This document shows, one piece after another, positions 31,280-40,185 of a stretch of 63,245 bases of DNA. Both the position numbers and the translations under genes were made by a program. The first letter of the stretch is position 1. Every line of letters begins with the position of its first letter. The stretch comes from a candidate division WOR-3 bacterium (GTDB lineage: Bacteria > Hydrothermota > Hydrothermia > LBFQ01). The notes beneath the pieces are model-generated. The model searched no databases and was not told where the DNA came from. It saw only the letters and a program-made list of their open reading frames with translations. The stretch is taken from assembly GCA_027050205.1 (NCBI GenBank), contig JALUCS010000007.1:458-63702 (forward strand), in the 5' to 3' direction.

Positions 31280-32808
31280 ACCACGGACACCACCCAGTAG
31301 TCCCCTACGTTCTGCCTGTACTGTATCGCCTCGGCCACGTGATGTACCTCTATCCTGTCCGTCCCCTCAAGGTCGGCGATGGTGCGGGAGAGTTTCAGGA
31401 TCCGGGTTATGCCGCGGGCGGATATCCCCATCCGGGTGGCCGCCTGCTTCAGGAGAGCCTCGGCGCTCTCATCCAACCTGCAGTACCTCTCAAGGAGGGA
31501 GGGGGTCATCTGACTGTTGGCGTATATGCCCGGATACTCCCTGAAACGGTGGAGCTGCCTTTCCCTCGCCTCCTGGACCCTCTCCCTTATCTTCCGGGAA
31601 GGTTCGGACCTCGCACCCCTGAACTCCTCGTACTCCAGCGGTTGGACGCTGACGAAGATGTCTATCCTGTCAAGGAGGGGGCCGGATATCTTCCCCTGAT
31701 ACCTCTTTATGGCGGAGAGGGTGCAGGTGCATGCGTGCCTCTTGTCCCCGTAGTGGCCACAGGGACAGGGGTTCATTGCAGCGACCAACATAAAACGGGC
31801 GGGGAAGGTGGCCGTACCTCTGGCCCTGCTTATCCGGACGATACCGTCCTCTAAAGGCTGTCTAAGGGCCTCCAGGGCCTGCCTGTTGAACTCCGGAAGC
31901 TCGTCCAGGAAGAGGACGCCGTTGTGGGCGAGGGAGACCTCACCGGGCCGCGGGATGCTCCCCCCTCCGATGAGGGCGACGTCCGAAACCGTATGGTGGG
32001 GCGCCCTGAAAGGCCTGGTCCTTATCAGGCCGATACCGGAAGGTAGGAGGCCGGCCACGGAGTATATCTTGGTGGTCTCAACCGCCTCCTCCTCCGTCAT
32101 AGGGGGTAGGATGGTGGGGATGCGACGGGCGAGCATCGTCTTGCCGGAGCCGGGGGGACCCACCATGAGCATGTTGTGGGACCCGGCCGCCGCCACCTCC
32201 GCCGCCCTCTTGGCGTAGTCCATCCCCTTTATGTCGGCCATATCAACGTCGTAGATGGGTTCCCCGTCCCCCGGCGAGTACTCCGCCCTCTTCAGGGACA
32301 GGTTCCCCGTTATGAAATCCACCGCCTCCTTCAGGGAGGAGACCCCGTACACCTCCGCATCCCTGATAACCGCCCCCTCGTACGCGTTCTCGGAGGGTAC
32401 TATCAGCTTCAGCCCCTCCCTGGCCGATAGGATAGCCGCCGGCAGGACACCCGAAACCCTCCTCAACGTCCCGTCAAGGGCCAGTTCCCCCAAGAGCATG
32501 TAATTCAGCAGGTTCTCCGCCGGTACGTATCCGAAGGCTGCAAGGACGCTCAAGGCTATGGGCAGGTCCAGCATCGCCCCCTCCTTCTTGACGTCCGCCG
32601 GGGCGAGATTCACCCTGACCCTTCCGGGAGGGAAGGGAAAACCGGAGTTCTTTATGGCAGAGTGTATCCTCTCCTTACTCTCCTTGACTTCGGCATCCGG
32701 CAACCCCACTATGACGAACTTGGGTATCCCCTTGGCGTAGTCCACCTCCACCTCAACCTTTATCCCCTCAATTCCCCAATGTATGGCCGAGTACGTCTTA
32801 GCATACAC
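31276..32808 (-). CDS. comM: YifB/ComM Mg-chelatase-like AAA ATPase
   Basis: VNLAPADVKKEG, GPPGSGKT, RAPHHT, LAHNGVLFLDELPEF, NPCPCG and SGPLLDRID motifs. Confidence 0.93.
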   Translation of the reverse strand: MYAKTYSAIHWGIEGIKVEVEVDYAKGIPKFVIVGLPDAEVKESKERIHSAIKNSGFPFPPGRVRVNLAPADVKKEGAMLDLPIALSVLAAFGYVPAENLLNYMLLGELALDGTLRRVSGVLPAAILSAREGLKLIVPSENAYEGAVIRDAEVYGVSSLKEAVDFITGNLSLKRAEYSPGDGEPIYDVDMADIKGMDYAKRAAEVAAAGSHNMLMVGPPGSGKTMLARRIPTILPPMTEEEAVETTKIYSVAGLLPSGIGLIRTRPFRAPHHTVSDVALIGGGSIPRPGEVSLAHNGVLFLDELPEFNRQALEALRQPLEDGIVRISRARGTATFPARFMLVAAMNPCPCGHYGDKRHACTCTLSAIKRYQGKISGPLLDRIDIFVSVQPLEYEEFRGARSEPSRKIRERVQEARERQLHRFREYPGIYANSQMTPSLLERYCRLDESAEALLKQAATRMGISARGITRILKLSRTIADLEGTDRIEVHHVAEAIQYRQNVGDYWVVSVV

Positions 32809-32859
32809 GAGCGTATTTTAGGGAGGAAAGGGTTGCCGTTGTAGTCCGACCGTATGACG

Positions 32860-33115
32860 GTGTCGGTGGGGTTGATAAACGTGGTGATTACCCCGCAGTC
32901 CTATCAAACGGGTAAAACCCTACGAACTTCTCCTACCGTAGGGTCGCGTCCGAGTCATCCGGTTCTCAGTAGGGATTAGGAGTCGGCGATCTCCGTTTGA
33001 AACCCGTTCCAGAAGGGGATGAAGTTGAACACGATGTCGTTCAAAATCTTGCAACGGAGTCTGAAGTGCGACCATCAGCTTATTGAAATCCGACTTTCGG
33101 TTTTTGAAGGTAATA
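32860..33115. repeat. Fragments of the dispersed intergenic repeat
   Basis: CCGCAGTCCTATCAAACGGG at 32893-32912 is identical to 7162-7181; TTCAAAATCTTGCA near 33040. Confidence 0.55.
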
Positions 33116-33179
33116 GAGCATCGGTTAGAACGCCCTCCTATCGGCGTAATACCAGCATTTCCCCCGTAAAATAGTGGCG

Positions 33180-33656
33180 GTGATCTCCATCATATACCCT
33201 CGTGATGATTTTGTGGCGGCGGACATCGCTCTGAAGGTGGGTATGGACGTAGAAAAGCCCGAAGTGTATCCCGTCCCCAAGTATCCGGGGAGGAACGATA
33301 ACCTCGTATTCCAGAAACTCCGCAGGTCGGAGGCCATCGTATTCATAATGACGGATCCCAACGTTCCACTGGACGAGGACACCTTAAGGGAGATCAAATT
33401 CGCCATCTCTAACGGTAAGCCCCTGTACGCGATACTACCGGAGGGGGCGTCCTTTCCCGTAGACTACGCTAAGATCAACGTTCAAACCATCGTTAACTTC
33501 ATCACTTATCGGGATACGGATGACCTCGCCGACAGGATATACAGGGAAATATCCCGGATGCGTGAGAGAAGGGAAAACGAGAACCTCGCCCTGGTCCTTA
33601 CTATGATAATCGTAATCCTGATGGCCCTGATAACCATTTACACCGCACAGGAGTGA
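33180..33656 (+). CDS. TIR-like/flavodoxin-fold protein with C-terminal TM helix
   Basis: ISIIYPRDD, LRRSEAIVFI and TLREIKFAISNGKPLYAI match the TIR pattern with a conserved Glu; TM LALVLTMIIVILMALITI; GTG 7 nt after TAAAAT. Confidence 0.6.
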   Translation: MISIIYPRDDFVAADIALKVGMDVEKPEVYPVPKYPGRNDNLVFQKLRRSEAIVFIMTDPNVPLDEDTLREIKFAISNGKPLYAILPEGASFPVDYAKINVQTIVNFITYRDTDDLADRIYREISRMRERRENENLALVLTMIIVILMALITIYTAQE

Positions 33657-34180
33657 GAAGGTGCGTCCTTCTGTTGGATAACGACGTTCTGGTCTATCTT
33701 TTCAACCTCTTCCGGAGGGTGGGCAGGGAGGATAGCCGTAAGGTCCTGATGGAGCTAGTGCGTTTTACGGGGGCGAGGTGGGTATGGATACCAAGGACCG
33801 TCCAGAGGGAGTTCCTGAACGTCAGCAGAGGCTACCACCGCAGGGAGACTTTCCTTCAGTTTCTGGAGAAGGTCTTTCTAAATAGGGGTTTAGATTTCCG
33901 TATATGCCCGGTGTACGACGCCCGCCGTATAGAGGAGGTTATGCACACGTACGAGGTTGATAGGGGAGAGGCCGACGCCTTAAACCAGATGCTAACCCTT
34001 GGGAAATTCCCGGAGGTGGAACGCAAACTCATCTACTACAGGGCTAACTACTGCTTCATAACTAACGACAGGGACGTCCTTGGGGTGAAGCTCCGTCAGG
34101 GGAGGGTGCGTATCCTACCCTATAAGGAGTTTGCCTTGTTGGTTCTGGAGAACAGGGGGATGAGGATGTTAGGGCTGTGA
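33653..34180 (+). CDS. PIN-domain protein
   Basis: LLDNDVL, IPRTVQREF, DRGEADAL and FITNDR carry the PIN acidic residues; GTGA overlap with the upstream gene. Confidence 0.8.
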   Translation: MRRCVLLLDNDVLVYLFNLFRRVGREDSRKVLMELVRFTGARWVWIPRTVQREFLNVSRGYHRRETFLQFLEKVFLNRGLDFRICPVYDARRIEEVMHTYEVDRGEADALNQMLTLGKFPEVERKLIYYRANYCFITNDRDVLGVKLRQGRVRILPYKEFALLVLENRGMRMLGL

Positions 34181-34299
34181 TTGGCTTGTTATCCCCCAGG
34201 TACGATGCGGTTTCCGAGCAATTCCTTGCAGGTGCCAAACTGTATCTCGTACCTTCTGAACCCCCGTTTCAACCTCCCGAAGGTGAGCCGCAGCCTACC

Positions 34300-34725
34300 A
34301 TTCAAAATCTCGCAGTGCGACTTTCAGTTTATTGAAGCGTGGGTTTCAGCTCCTTAAAGCCTGATTTTCAGTTTTTGAACGGAACGGGTCTTTGCATCCC
34401 TCTGATACAACCGCAAACTTAACAATTTCGCTCCCTGTTTAAGGGAACTTTTGGTATATTTACAACTAATTTTTGTATGATTTCAATTTCTTCCTCACAA
34501 AAACAATGAAATTGTGAAGTGTAAGGATGCGTCCCGGAACTTGCGGGGTCGTAATCGGGTGTAATATTGAATCTAATGGGGAACTACCACAAATTACGGA
34601 TTCTAGGCCGTTTTATAGGAGTTAAAATTTCGCAATTCAGATTTGAAGAATCTTAAAGTACGAATTACGATTTTCTAAAACGAGACTTCCAATTTTTTAA
34701 AGTTAGACCCACAGTTCTTGAAAGG
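34300..34725. repeat. AT-rich region with ~21-bp periodic blocks related to the dispersed repeat
   Basis: TTCAAAATCTCGCAGTGCG followed by TTTCAG at ~21-bp spacing; a second block at 34620-34725. Confidence 0.5.
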
Positions 34726-34854
34726 GGTGATCCTCAACGTAGGCGTCAGGCGAATCCTCCGTGTGGATCTTCCCTTGGGTGGGCCATCAAAGTCTTTCAA
34801 CGGCATTTCGGCGAAGGTCCCCCTTTTCCTACATCTCCCGCTTAAAATCCCCCT

Positions 34855-36648
34855 ATGTTCGTCATCCTATCCTACGTCCATTTTAACGCTGGAGTAGTAG
34901 CCCGCGACGGCGAGACCTTGAGGGTGTACGTATGGCTTCCGGACAGCATTGCATCTCCCGTCCCCGTGGTCCTCATTAGGACACCCTACGACACCCTTGG
35001 CCTTGGGGCTACGGCCGCCGACTACCTAACCGGCCTCGGCTACGCGTACGTCGTCAGCACCTTCAGGGGGTACTGGGGCAGCACCGGGACGAGGCTTCCC
35101 TTCCTCGCCGACGGCTGGGGGGACCTCCAGGACGGGTACGACGTCGCTACGTGGATAAACTCCCAGCCTTGGGCCAACGGACAGATATGCATGGCCGGAG
35201 GTTCCGCCCTCGGCTTCGCCCAGTACTTCCTCGCCGGTACGGGCTTCCCCCTCACTTGCATCACCCCCTCCGTGGCCGGCATAAACCTCTACGATGAGGT
35301 CTTCCCCGGTGGGGTCTTCCGGAAGTTCATAGCAGAGTACTGGCTGACGGGGGTAGGGGCCACCCACCTGTTGGATACGATTGAGAGGTACTACCTCTAC
35401 TCCGACACCACTCCCTGGTACGGTGTCAACGGCTACGAGAGGCTCTCCTACTACTCCGAGCCGGCCCTACACTTCACCGGGTGGTTTGACGCCTTCACCG
35501 AGGGGGCCATCGGCGCCTTCCAGAGGCTCCAGTACGAAGGGGGGAGCGGTGCGGCCGGGCATCAGTACATCGTTATAGGCCCCTGGATGCACGACCTCCA
35601 GTACCGCACCGTTGGAGACCTGACCTTCCCCCCGAACGCCCTGGACATATCCGCCATAACTTACGGCCTCTACTGGATCCTCTACCACACCCGAGGTGAG
35701 GGATGGGACTGGGATACGATGCCTAAGGTGACCTTCTACCTTATGGGGGACGTAAGCGTCCCGGATACCCACCTCTTCAACCGCTGGGTGAAGACGGACA
35801 CCTTCCCACCGAGGGGAGGAACCCCCTACTCCCTCTACCTCCACCCCGACGGCAGTCTGTCGCCTACCCCGCCGTCTCCCGCAACCTTGACCTACACCTA
35901 CGACCCCGACGACCCCGTCCCCGCCATCGGTGGGTTTGACTACATAGGTGGCTCCATAAGGGACTCCATCCTCTTCGGGCCGAGGGACCTCACCCCGTGG
36001 GACAGCCGGGGGGACGTCCTGTCCTTCACTACGGACACCTTGGACAGGCCCATAGCCATCGTCGGTAAGGCCGAGGCGGAGCTTTACGTCTCTTCCGACA
36101 GGTACGATACGGACTTTATGGTCTTCCTCGCCGACGTCTATCCCGACGGTAGGGCCATACTCATCACCGAGGGGGTCCTGAAGATGCGGAACCGGAACGG
36201 TACGGACAGGGAGGACCTGATGGTACCCGGAGACACCTACCGGATAGTGATACCCCTGCGGAACACCGCCTACGTCTTCAACACCGGCCACCGGATAAGG
36301 CTCTACCTGACCTCCTCCAAGTTCCCATCTTACGAGCCTAACCCCAACACGGGCGCCCCCTTCCAGATAGACGACCCCGTCCGCCTCGTGGCCCACAACA
36401 GCGTCCATCTCGGAGGCTCCCGCCTGATACTTCCCTACTACGACCCCCACTCCCTCCTCGCTGGTGAGAGGGCGGAGGTAAAGGTCCCGACCTCCTGTAG
36501 GGTGGAGGACCGGAGGGTGGTGTGCGGTGGGGAGGTGCCGGCCTACGTCTACGATGCCGCCGGTAGGAGGGTGCCGAACGGGAAACTGCACCCAGGGGCT
36601 TACTTCACCAGAGTGGCCGGTAGGTGGAGGAAGGTCCTGGTCCGTTAG
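34855..36648 (+). CDS. CocE/NonD family serine hydrolase with T9SS-like tail
   Basis: RTPY, RG..GS.G, DGYD, GGSALG, GWFD, IGPWMH and DTDF motifs; tail VYDAAGRR..PGAYF..KVLVR. Confidence 0.9.
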   Translation: MFVILSYVHFNAGVVARDGETLRVYVWLPDSIASPVPVVLIRTPYDTLGLGATAADYLTGLGYAYVVSTFRGYWGSTGTRLPFLADGWGDLQDGYDVATWINSQPWANGQICMAGGSALGFAQYFLAGTGFPLTCITPSVAGINLYDEVFPGGVFRKFIAEYWLTGVGATHLLDTIERYYLYSDTTPWYGVNGYERLSYYSEPALHFTGWFDAFTEGAIGAFQRLQYEGGSGAAGHQYIVIGPWMHDLQYRTVGDLTFPPNALDISAITYGLYWILYHTRGEGWDWDTMPKVTFYLMGDVSVPDTHLFNRWVKTDTFPPRGGTPYSLYLHPDGSLSPTPPSPATLTYTYDPDDPVPAIGGFDYIGGSIRDSILFGPRDLTPWDSRGDVLSFTTDTLDRPIAIVGKAEAELYVSSDRYDTDFMVFLADVYPDGRAILITEGVLKMRNRNGTDREDLMVPGDTYRIVIPLRNTAYVFNTGHRIRLYLTSSKFPSYEPNPNTGAPFQIDDPVRLVAHNSVHLGGSRLILPYYDPHSLLAGERAEVKVPTSCRVEDRRVVCGGEVPAYVYDAAGRRVPNGKLHPGAYFTRVAGRWRKVLVR

Positions 36649-37490
36649 AGCATAACGGAGACCACCACCAAGGCGTAGAGGAAACCGCTGAAGAGGATAA
36701 GGGGGTCGCTCAAGAGGTCGTCCGAAGGCTCCCCCCGCTTCAGGTTGTGGGTGATGTGGTAGTACCGGAAGAGGCCAAAGACAACGATGGGGACGGTGAA
36801 GACCATACCCTCCCTCGCCCCCTCAAGGGTGTAGATGGTATAGACGACGAGGGTCAGGGTGGCGGAGATGTTCATCAGCTGGTCAAGGTAATAGACGGAG
36901 TAGTGGCGGAGGACCTTGCGGTGGGCCTTCCCGCCGTCGCCGAGGAGGAGTAGCTCGTACCTCCTCTTCCCTATGGCGAGGAAGAGGGCGAGGAAGAAGA
37001 CCGTCAGAAATAGGTACTCGGAGACGGGTACGTCTATGGCGACGGCGCCGGCATACACCCGCAGGACGAAGCCGAAGGCTATGGAGAAGACGTCAAAGAG
37101 CTGGTAGTTCTTGAGGTAGAGGGTGTATAGGAGGTTGTTTAAGGCGTAGGTCAGGAGGACCAGAAGGAAGGTCCAACCGAGGGGGTAGCCGGCCGCGAGG
37201 GAGAGGAGGAAGAGGAGGATGCCGAGGAGGGCGGCGGAGGGGACGGGGACCTCCCCCGAAGGGAGGGGACGCTTCCGCTTTACGGGGTGGAGCCTGTCCC
37301 TCTCAAGGTCCCTGATGTCGTTGAAGACGTATATGGCCGAGGAGAGGAGGGAGAAGGACAGGAAGGCGAGGAGGACGGAAGGGGCGTTCCGGGCCATCCA
37401 GTCAAAGGAGGGGGCGGCGAAGAGGAGGGGGACGAAGACCAGGAGGTTCTTGACCCACTGGCGGGGGCGGAGGAGCCTTATATAGGCCAC
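36645..37490 (-). CDS. UbiA-family prenyltransferase (decaprenyl-phosphate phosphoribosyltransferase-like)
   Basis: RPRQWVKN, NDIRDLERDRLHPVKRKRP, GFVLRV and GKRRYE motifs. Confidence 0.88.
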   Translation of the reverse strand: MAYIRLLRPRQWVKNLLVFVPLLFAAPSFDWMARNAPSVLLAFLSFSLLSSAIYVFNDIRDLERDRLHPVKRKRPLPSGEVPVPSAALLGILLFLLSLAAGYPLGWTFLLVLLTYALNNLLYTLYLKNYQLFDVFSIAFGFVLRVYAGAVAIDVPVSEYLFLTVFFLALFLAIGKRRYELLLLGDGGKAHRKVLRHYSVYYLDQLMNISATLTLVVYTIYTLEGAREGMVFTVPIVVFGLFRYYHITHNLKRGEPSDDLLSDPLILFSGFLYALVVVSVML

Positions 37491-37500
37491 GGTTTTGACT

Positions 37501-38331
37501 TCAAACCTGCACGCCGAGGTCCGCCATCGCCCTACGGTATAGGTCCTCGGTCAGGACCTTGCTGTGCCACTCGTAGCGGTTCTCCATAAAGGAGACCCCT
37601 TTACCCTTCACCGTCTTTGCTACGATGAGCTGGGGCCTCCCCTTTACACCCTTCGCCCAGTTGAAGGCCTCGTAGAGCTGGAGGAAGTCGTGGCCGTCCT
37701 CAACGACGTAGGTCTCCCACTTGAAGGCCTTGAACTTCCCCTCTATGGGGGTGGGGTCGTTTATCCTGTGGACGTCTCCCTCTATCTGAAGACCGTTGTA
37801 GTCAAGGACGAAGGTCAGGTTGTCTAACCCCTTGTTCCCGGCCGTCTCAACGGCCTCCCAGGTCTGCCCCTCCTGAAGCTCGGCGTCGCTTATGAGGGCA
37901 TACACCCTCGCCCCCTTCCCCCACATCTTAAGGCCCAGGGCCATACCGACCGCTACGGACGTTCCCTGGGACAGGGAGCCGGTTGAGGTCTCGGCGAGGG
38001 GGGTCTTCCTGCGGGAGGGATGCCCCTGGAGGGTGCCGTCCACCCTACGGAACTTCCAGAGCTCCTCCCTGTCTATCCATCCGAGGAGGGACCAGATGGA
38101 GTATAGGGTGGCGCAGGCGTGTCCCTTGGAGAGGACGAACCTGTCCCTGTCCTCGTAGAAGGGGTCATCCCTCCGGATGTTCATGACCTTGAAGAAGAGG
38201 GTGAGGCCTATCTCCACCCACGAGAGCGCTCCCCCCTGGTGGCCCGACTGGGCGCGGTAGGTCATCTCTATTATGTCCCGCCTCACCTGAAGGGCCTTCT
38301 CTTTGAGTTCCCGAATCTCCTCCGGTGTCAT
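37501..38331 (-). CDS. Transketolase N-terminal subunit
   Basis: SGHQGG, DRFVLSKGHA, LQGHP, TGSL, DAELQEG and KGKGVSFME..WH motifs. Confidence 0.93.
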   Translation of the reverse strand: MTPEEIRELKEKALQVRRDIIEMTYRAQSGHQGGALSWVEIGLTLFFKVMNIRRDDPFYEDRDRFVLSKGHACATLYSIWSLLGWIDREELWKFRRVDGTLQGHPSRRKTPLAETSTGSLSQGTSVAVGMALGLKMWGKGARVYALISDAELQEGQTWEAVETAGNKGLDNLTFVLDYNGLQIEGDVHRINDPTPIEGKFKAFKWETYVVEDGHDFLQLYEAFNWAKGVKGRPQLIVAKTVKGKGVSFMENRYEWHSKVLTEDLYRRAMADLGVQV

Positions 38332-38378
38332 CTGTCTATTCTACGGGGGATACGGCACCGCCCTTATAATATGATCCT

Positions 38379-38774
38379 ATGGCATCCGGTGTCAGTATAG
38401 AGGATCAACTACGTTCCCAAGTTTCCCGGATGATGAAGGAAATAGAGGATGCAGAAGCCGTCCTCTTTGCGACGAAGGAAGGTCTCCCTTTGGTCTTTGA
38501 GGCCCGTTTCAATCCGGATATCGTGGATAGGCTGGCCGCCCTATCGGCCATGCTCTTCGCTGTATCCCGTAGGACGTCCGACATCGTCAAGATGGGCAAT
38601 ATGAACTATATGGAGGTGGCCTTGGACCTCGGACGACTCTTTTTGAACAGGGTCAACAACGAGATCTTCCTCGTTGCTTTAACTACCCCGGAGACCAACG
38701 TGGGACTTGTGCGCCTCCTGATGAAGGAGGTATCGGACAAGGCGCGTAGGTACCTTGAGAAGAGCATAACCTGA
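38379..38774 (+). CDS. Roadblock/LC7 (MglB-like) protein
   Basis: AVLFATKEGL, DRLAALSA and NVGLVRL motifs. Confidence 0.85.
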   Translation: MASGVSIEDQLRSQVSRMMKEIEDAEAVLFATKEGLPLVFEARFNPDIVDRLAALSAMLFAVSRRTSDIVKMGNMNYMEVALDLGRLFLNRVNNEIFLVALTTPETNVGLVRLLMKEVSDKARRYLEKSIT

Positions 38775-38787
38775 AGGAGGGGAAGAG

Positions 38788-39291
38788 ATGACTTACGAGA
38801 AGACGCTACGGGAACTTAAGAGGGTCTTAGGCGATGTCAAGAGGCCCAAGGAGCTGGACAGGTACACCGAGGAGCTCCTAAGGTTCAGGGACGAGGTGGT
38901 GGAGGAGGTCCTGTCCAGGCTGAACCTTCCGGACGACAAGAAGACCTACGCGGGGGAGGTGTTAAAGGAGTTCTACACATCCCTCATATCCGGTGGTGTG
39001 GAGAACTTCTGGAAGGGTAGGTACGAAGGTAGCTACGAAAACGTGAGGAGGGACATATCGGCCGAGGTTTTCATATTCATAGCTTCGGAGTTCGTCTCCA
39101 CCCTAACCCGAAAGGTGTTGGATGTTGTAAGTAAAGAGGACGCGAAGAAACTTATCCCTTACCTGACGAGCGCCGCAGTCAGCGGTTTGGCCTTCGTCGT
39201 ATCGGCTCGCCAGGATATGGAGTACGACTTCCTCGGCATCACGTCGGAGTTAATGGACCGTATCCGTAAGTTGGGGGCCAACAGAGGATAG
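38788..39291 (+). CDS. All-helical protein, possibly protoglobin-like
   Basis: AAGGAGG SD; helical pattern; C-terminal GITSELMDR; follows the roadblock gene. Confidence 0.45.
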   Translation: MTYEKTLRELKRVLGDVKRPKELDRYTEELLRFRDEVVEEVLSRLNLPDDKKTYAGEVLKEFYTSLISGGVENFWKGRYEGSYENVRRDISAEVFIFIASEFVSTLTRKVLDVVSKEDAKKLIPYLTSAAVSGLAFVVSARQDMEYDFLGITSELMDRIRKLGANRG

Positions 39292-40182
39292 GAGAGCCAG
39301 GAGGATCCACCAGATCAAACCCGGCACCATCACGAGGGGGCCGTAGAGGAGGTAGAGGTGGGCCAAGCCTACGGAGACGAGGTTGATGAGCATTACGGCG
39401 GTGAGTCCCCACCGGTCCCCAAAGCGGGAGTAGAGGACGTGGTGGATGTGTTCCCTGTCGGCCTGGAAGATGCTCTGTCCCCTCCTTAGGCGGCGTAGGA
39501 CGGTGGTGAGGGTATCCACCAAGGGGAAACTAAGGGCGAGGAGGCGGGCCTCAAGGGGGATGTGGGGGAGGAGAAGGAAGGCCGAGGTTATGAGCATTCC
39601 GAGGACGTAGGAGCCGGTGTCCCCCATTATCAGGCGGGCGGGTGGGGTGTTCCAGACGAGGAGGCCAACGCTTATGGCGGCGACGTGGAGATACATCACC
39701 TCCCCCGTCAGGATGTAGAGGTAGGAGAGGAGTATTGCAGCCGTCATCAGTAGGACGCCGTCCTTACCGTCTATAACGTTGAAGGCGTTCACGAAACCTA
39801 CGAAGAAGAGGGTCCAGAAGATCTCGTTCAGGACGGGTACGTAGACCTCGTAGGTTGCCACCCTGATAGGCAAAACCCACCCCAGACTCCACAGGATGAG
39901 GAGGGCGGATACGAGGGTAAAGGCCGCCTTTACGTATCCAGAGACTCCCCGGTAATCGTCCAGTATTCCCACAGCCCCCAAGAGGGCCACTACACCGGCC
40001 AGGGTGGTGGATACGGCCGTGGGCATTCGCAGGAGGTACCACAGTATGACGGGCAGGAGGACCATACCCCCGCCCCTTATCTTCTTGGGATTCACCCGGT
40101 CCCGGAATATCCCCAACCCCTCCATTACCTTCCAGTACAGGTACCCTCCAAAGATACCTACGGCGACGTAGAGGAAGAGCAT
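39250..40182 (-). CDS. MraY/WecA/TagO-family phosphosugar transferase
   Basis: GILDD, NAFNVIDGKDG, MGDTGS and DREHIHH motifs. Confidence 0.9.
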   Translation of the reverse strand: MLFLYVAVGIFGGYLYWKVMEGLGIFRDRVNPKKIRGGGMVLLPVILWYLLRMPTAVSTTLAGVVALLGAVGILDDYRGVSGYVKAAFTLVSALLILWSLGWVLPIRVATYEVYVPVLNEIFWTLFFVGFVNAFNVIDGKDGVLLMTAAILLSYLYILTGEVMYLHVAAISVGLLVWNTPPARLIMGDTGSYVLGMLITSAFLLLPHIPLEARLLALSFPLVDTLTTVLRRLRRGQSIFQADREHIHHVLYSRFGDRWGLTAVMLINLVSVGLAHLYLLYGPLVMVPGLIWWILLALLSSVGPQLTDTVH

Positions 40183-40185
40183 ACT

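Noticed and set aside
36645..37490. UbiA protein as a DGGGP synthase partner for GGGPS
   Set aside because: The WVKN, HPxKxxRP and GKRRxE motifs fit the phosphoribosyltransferase-like subfamily, and the gene is 30 kb away.
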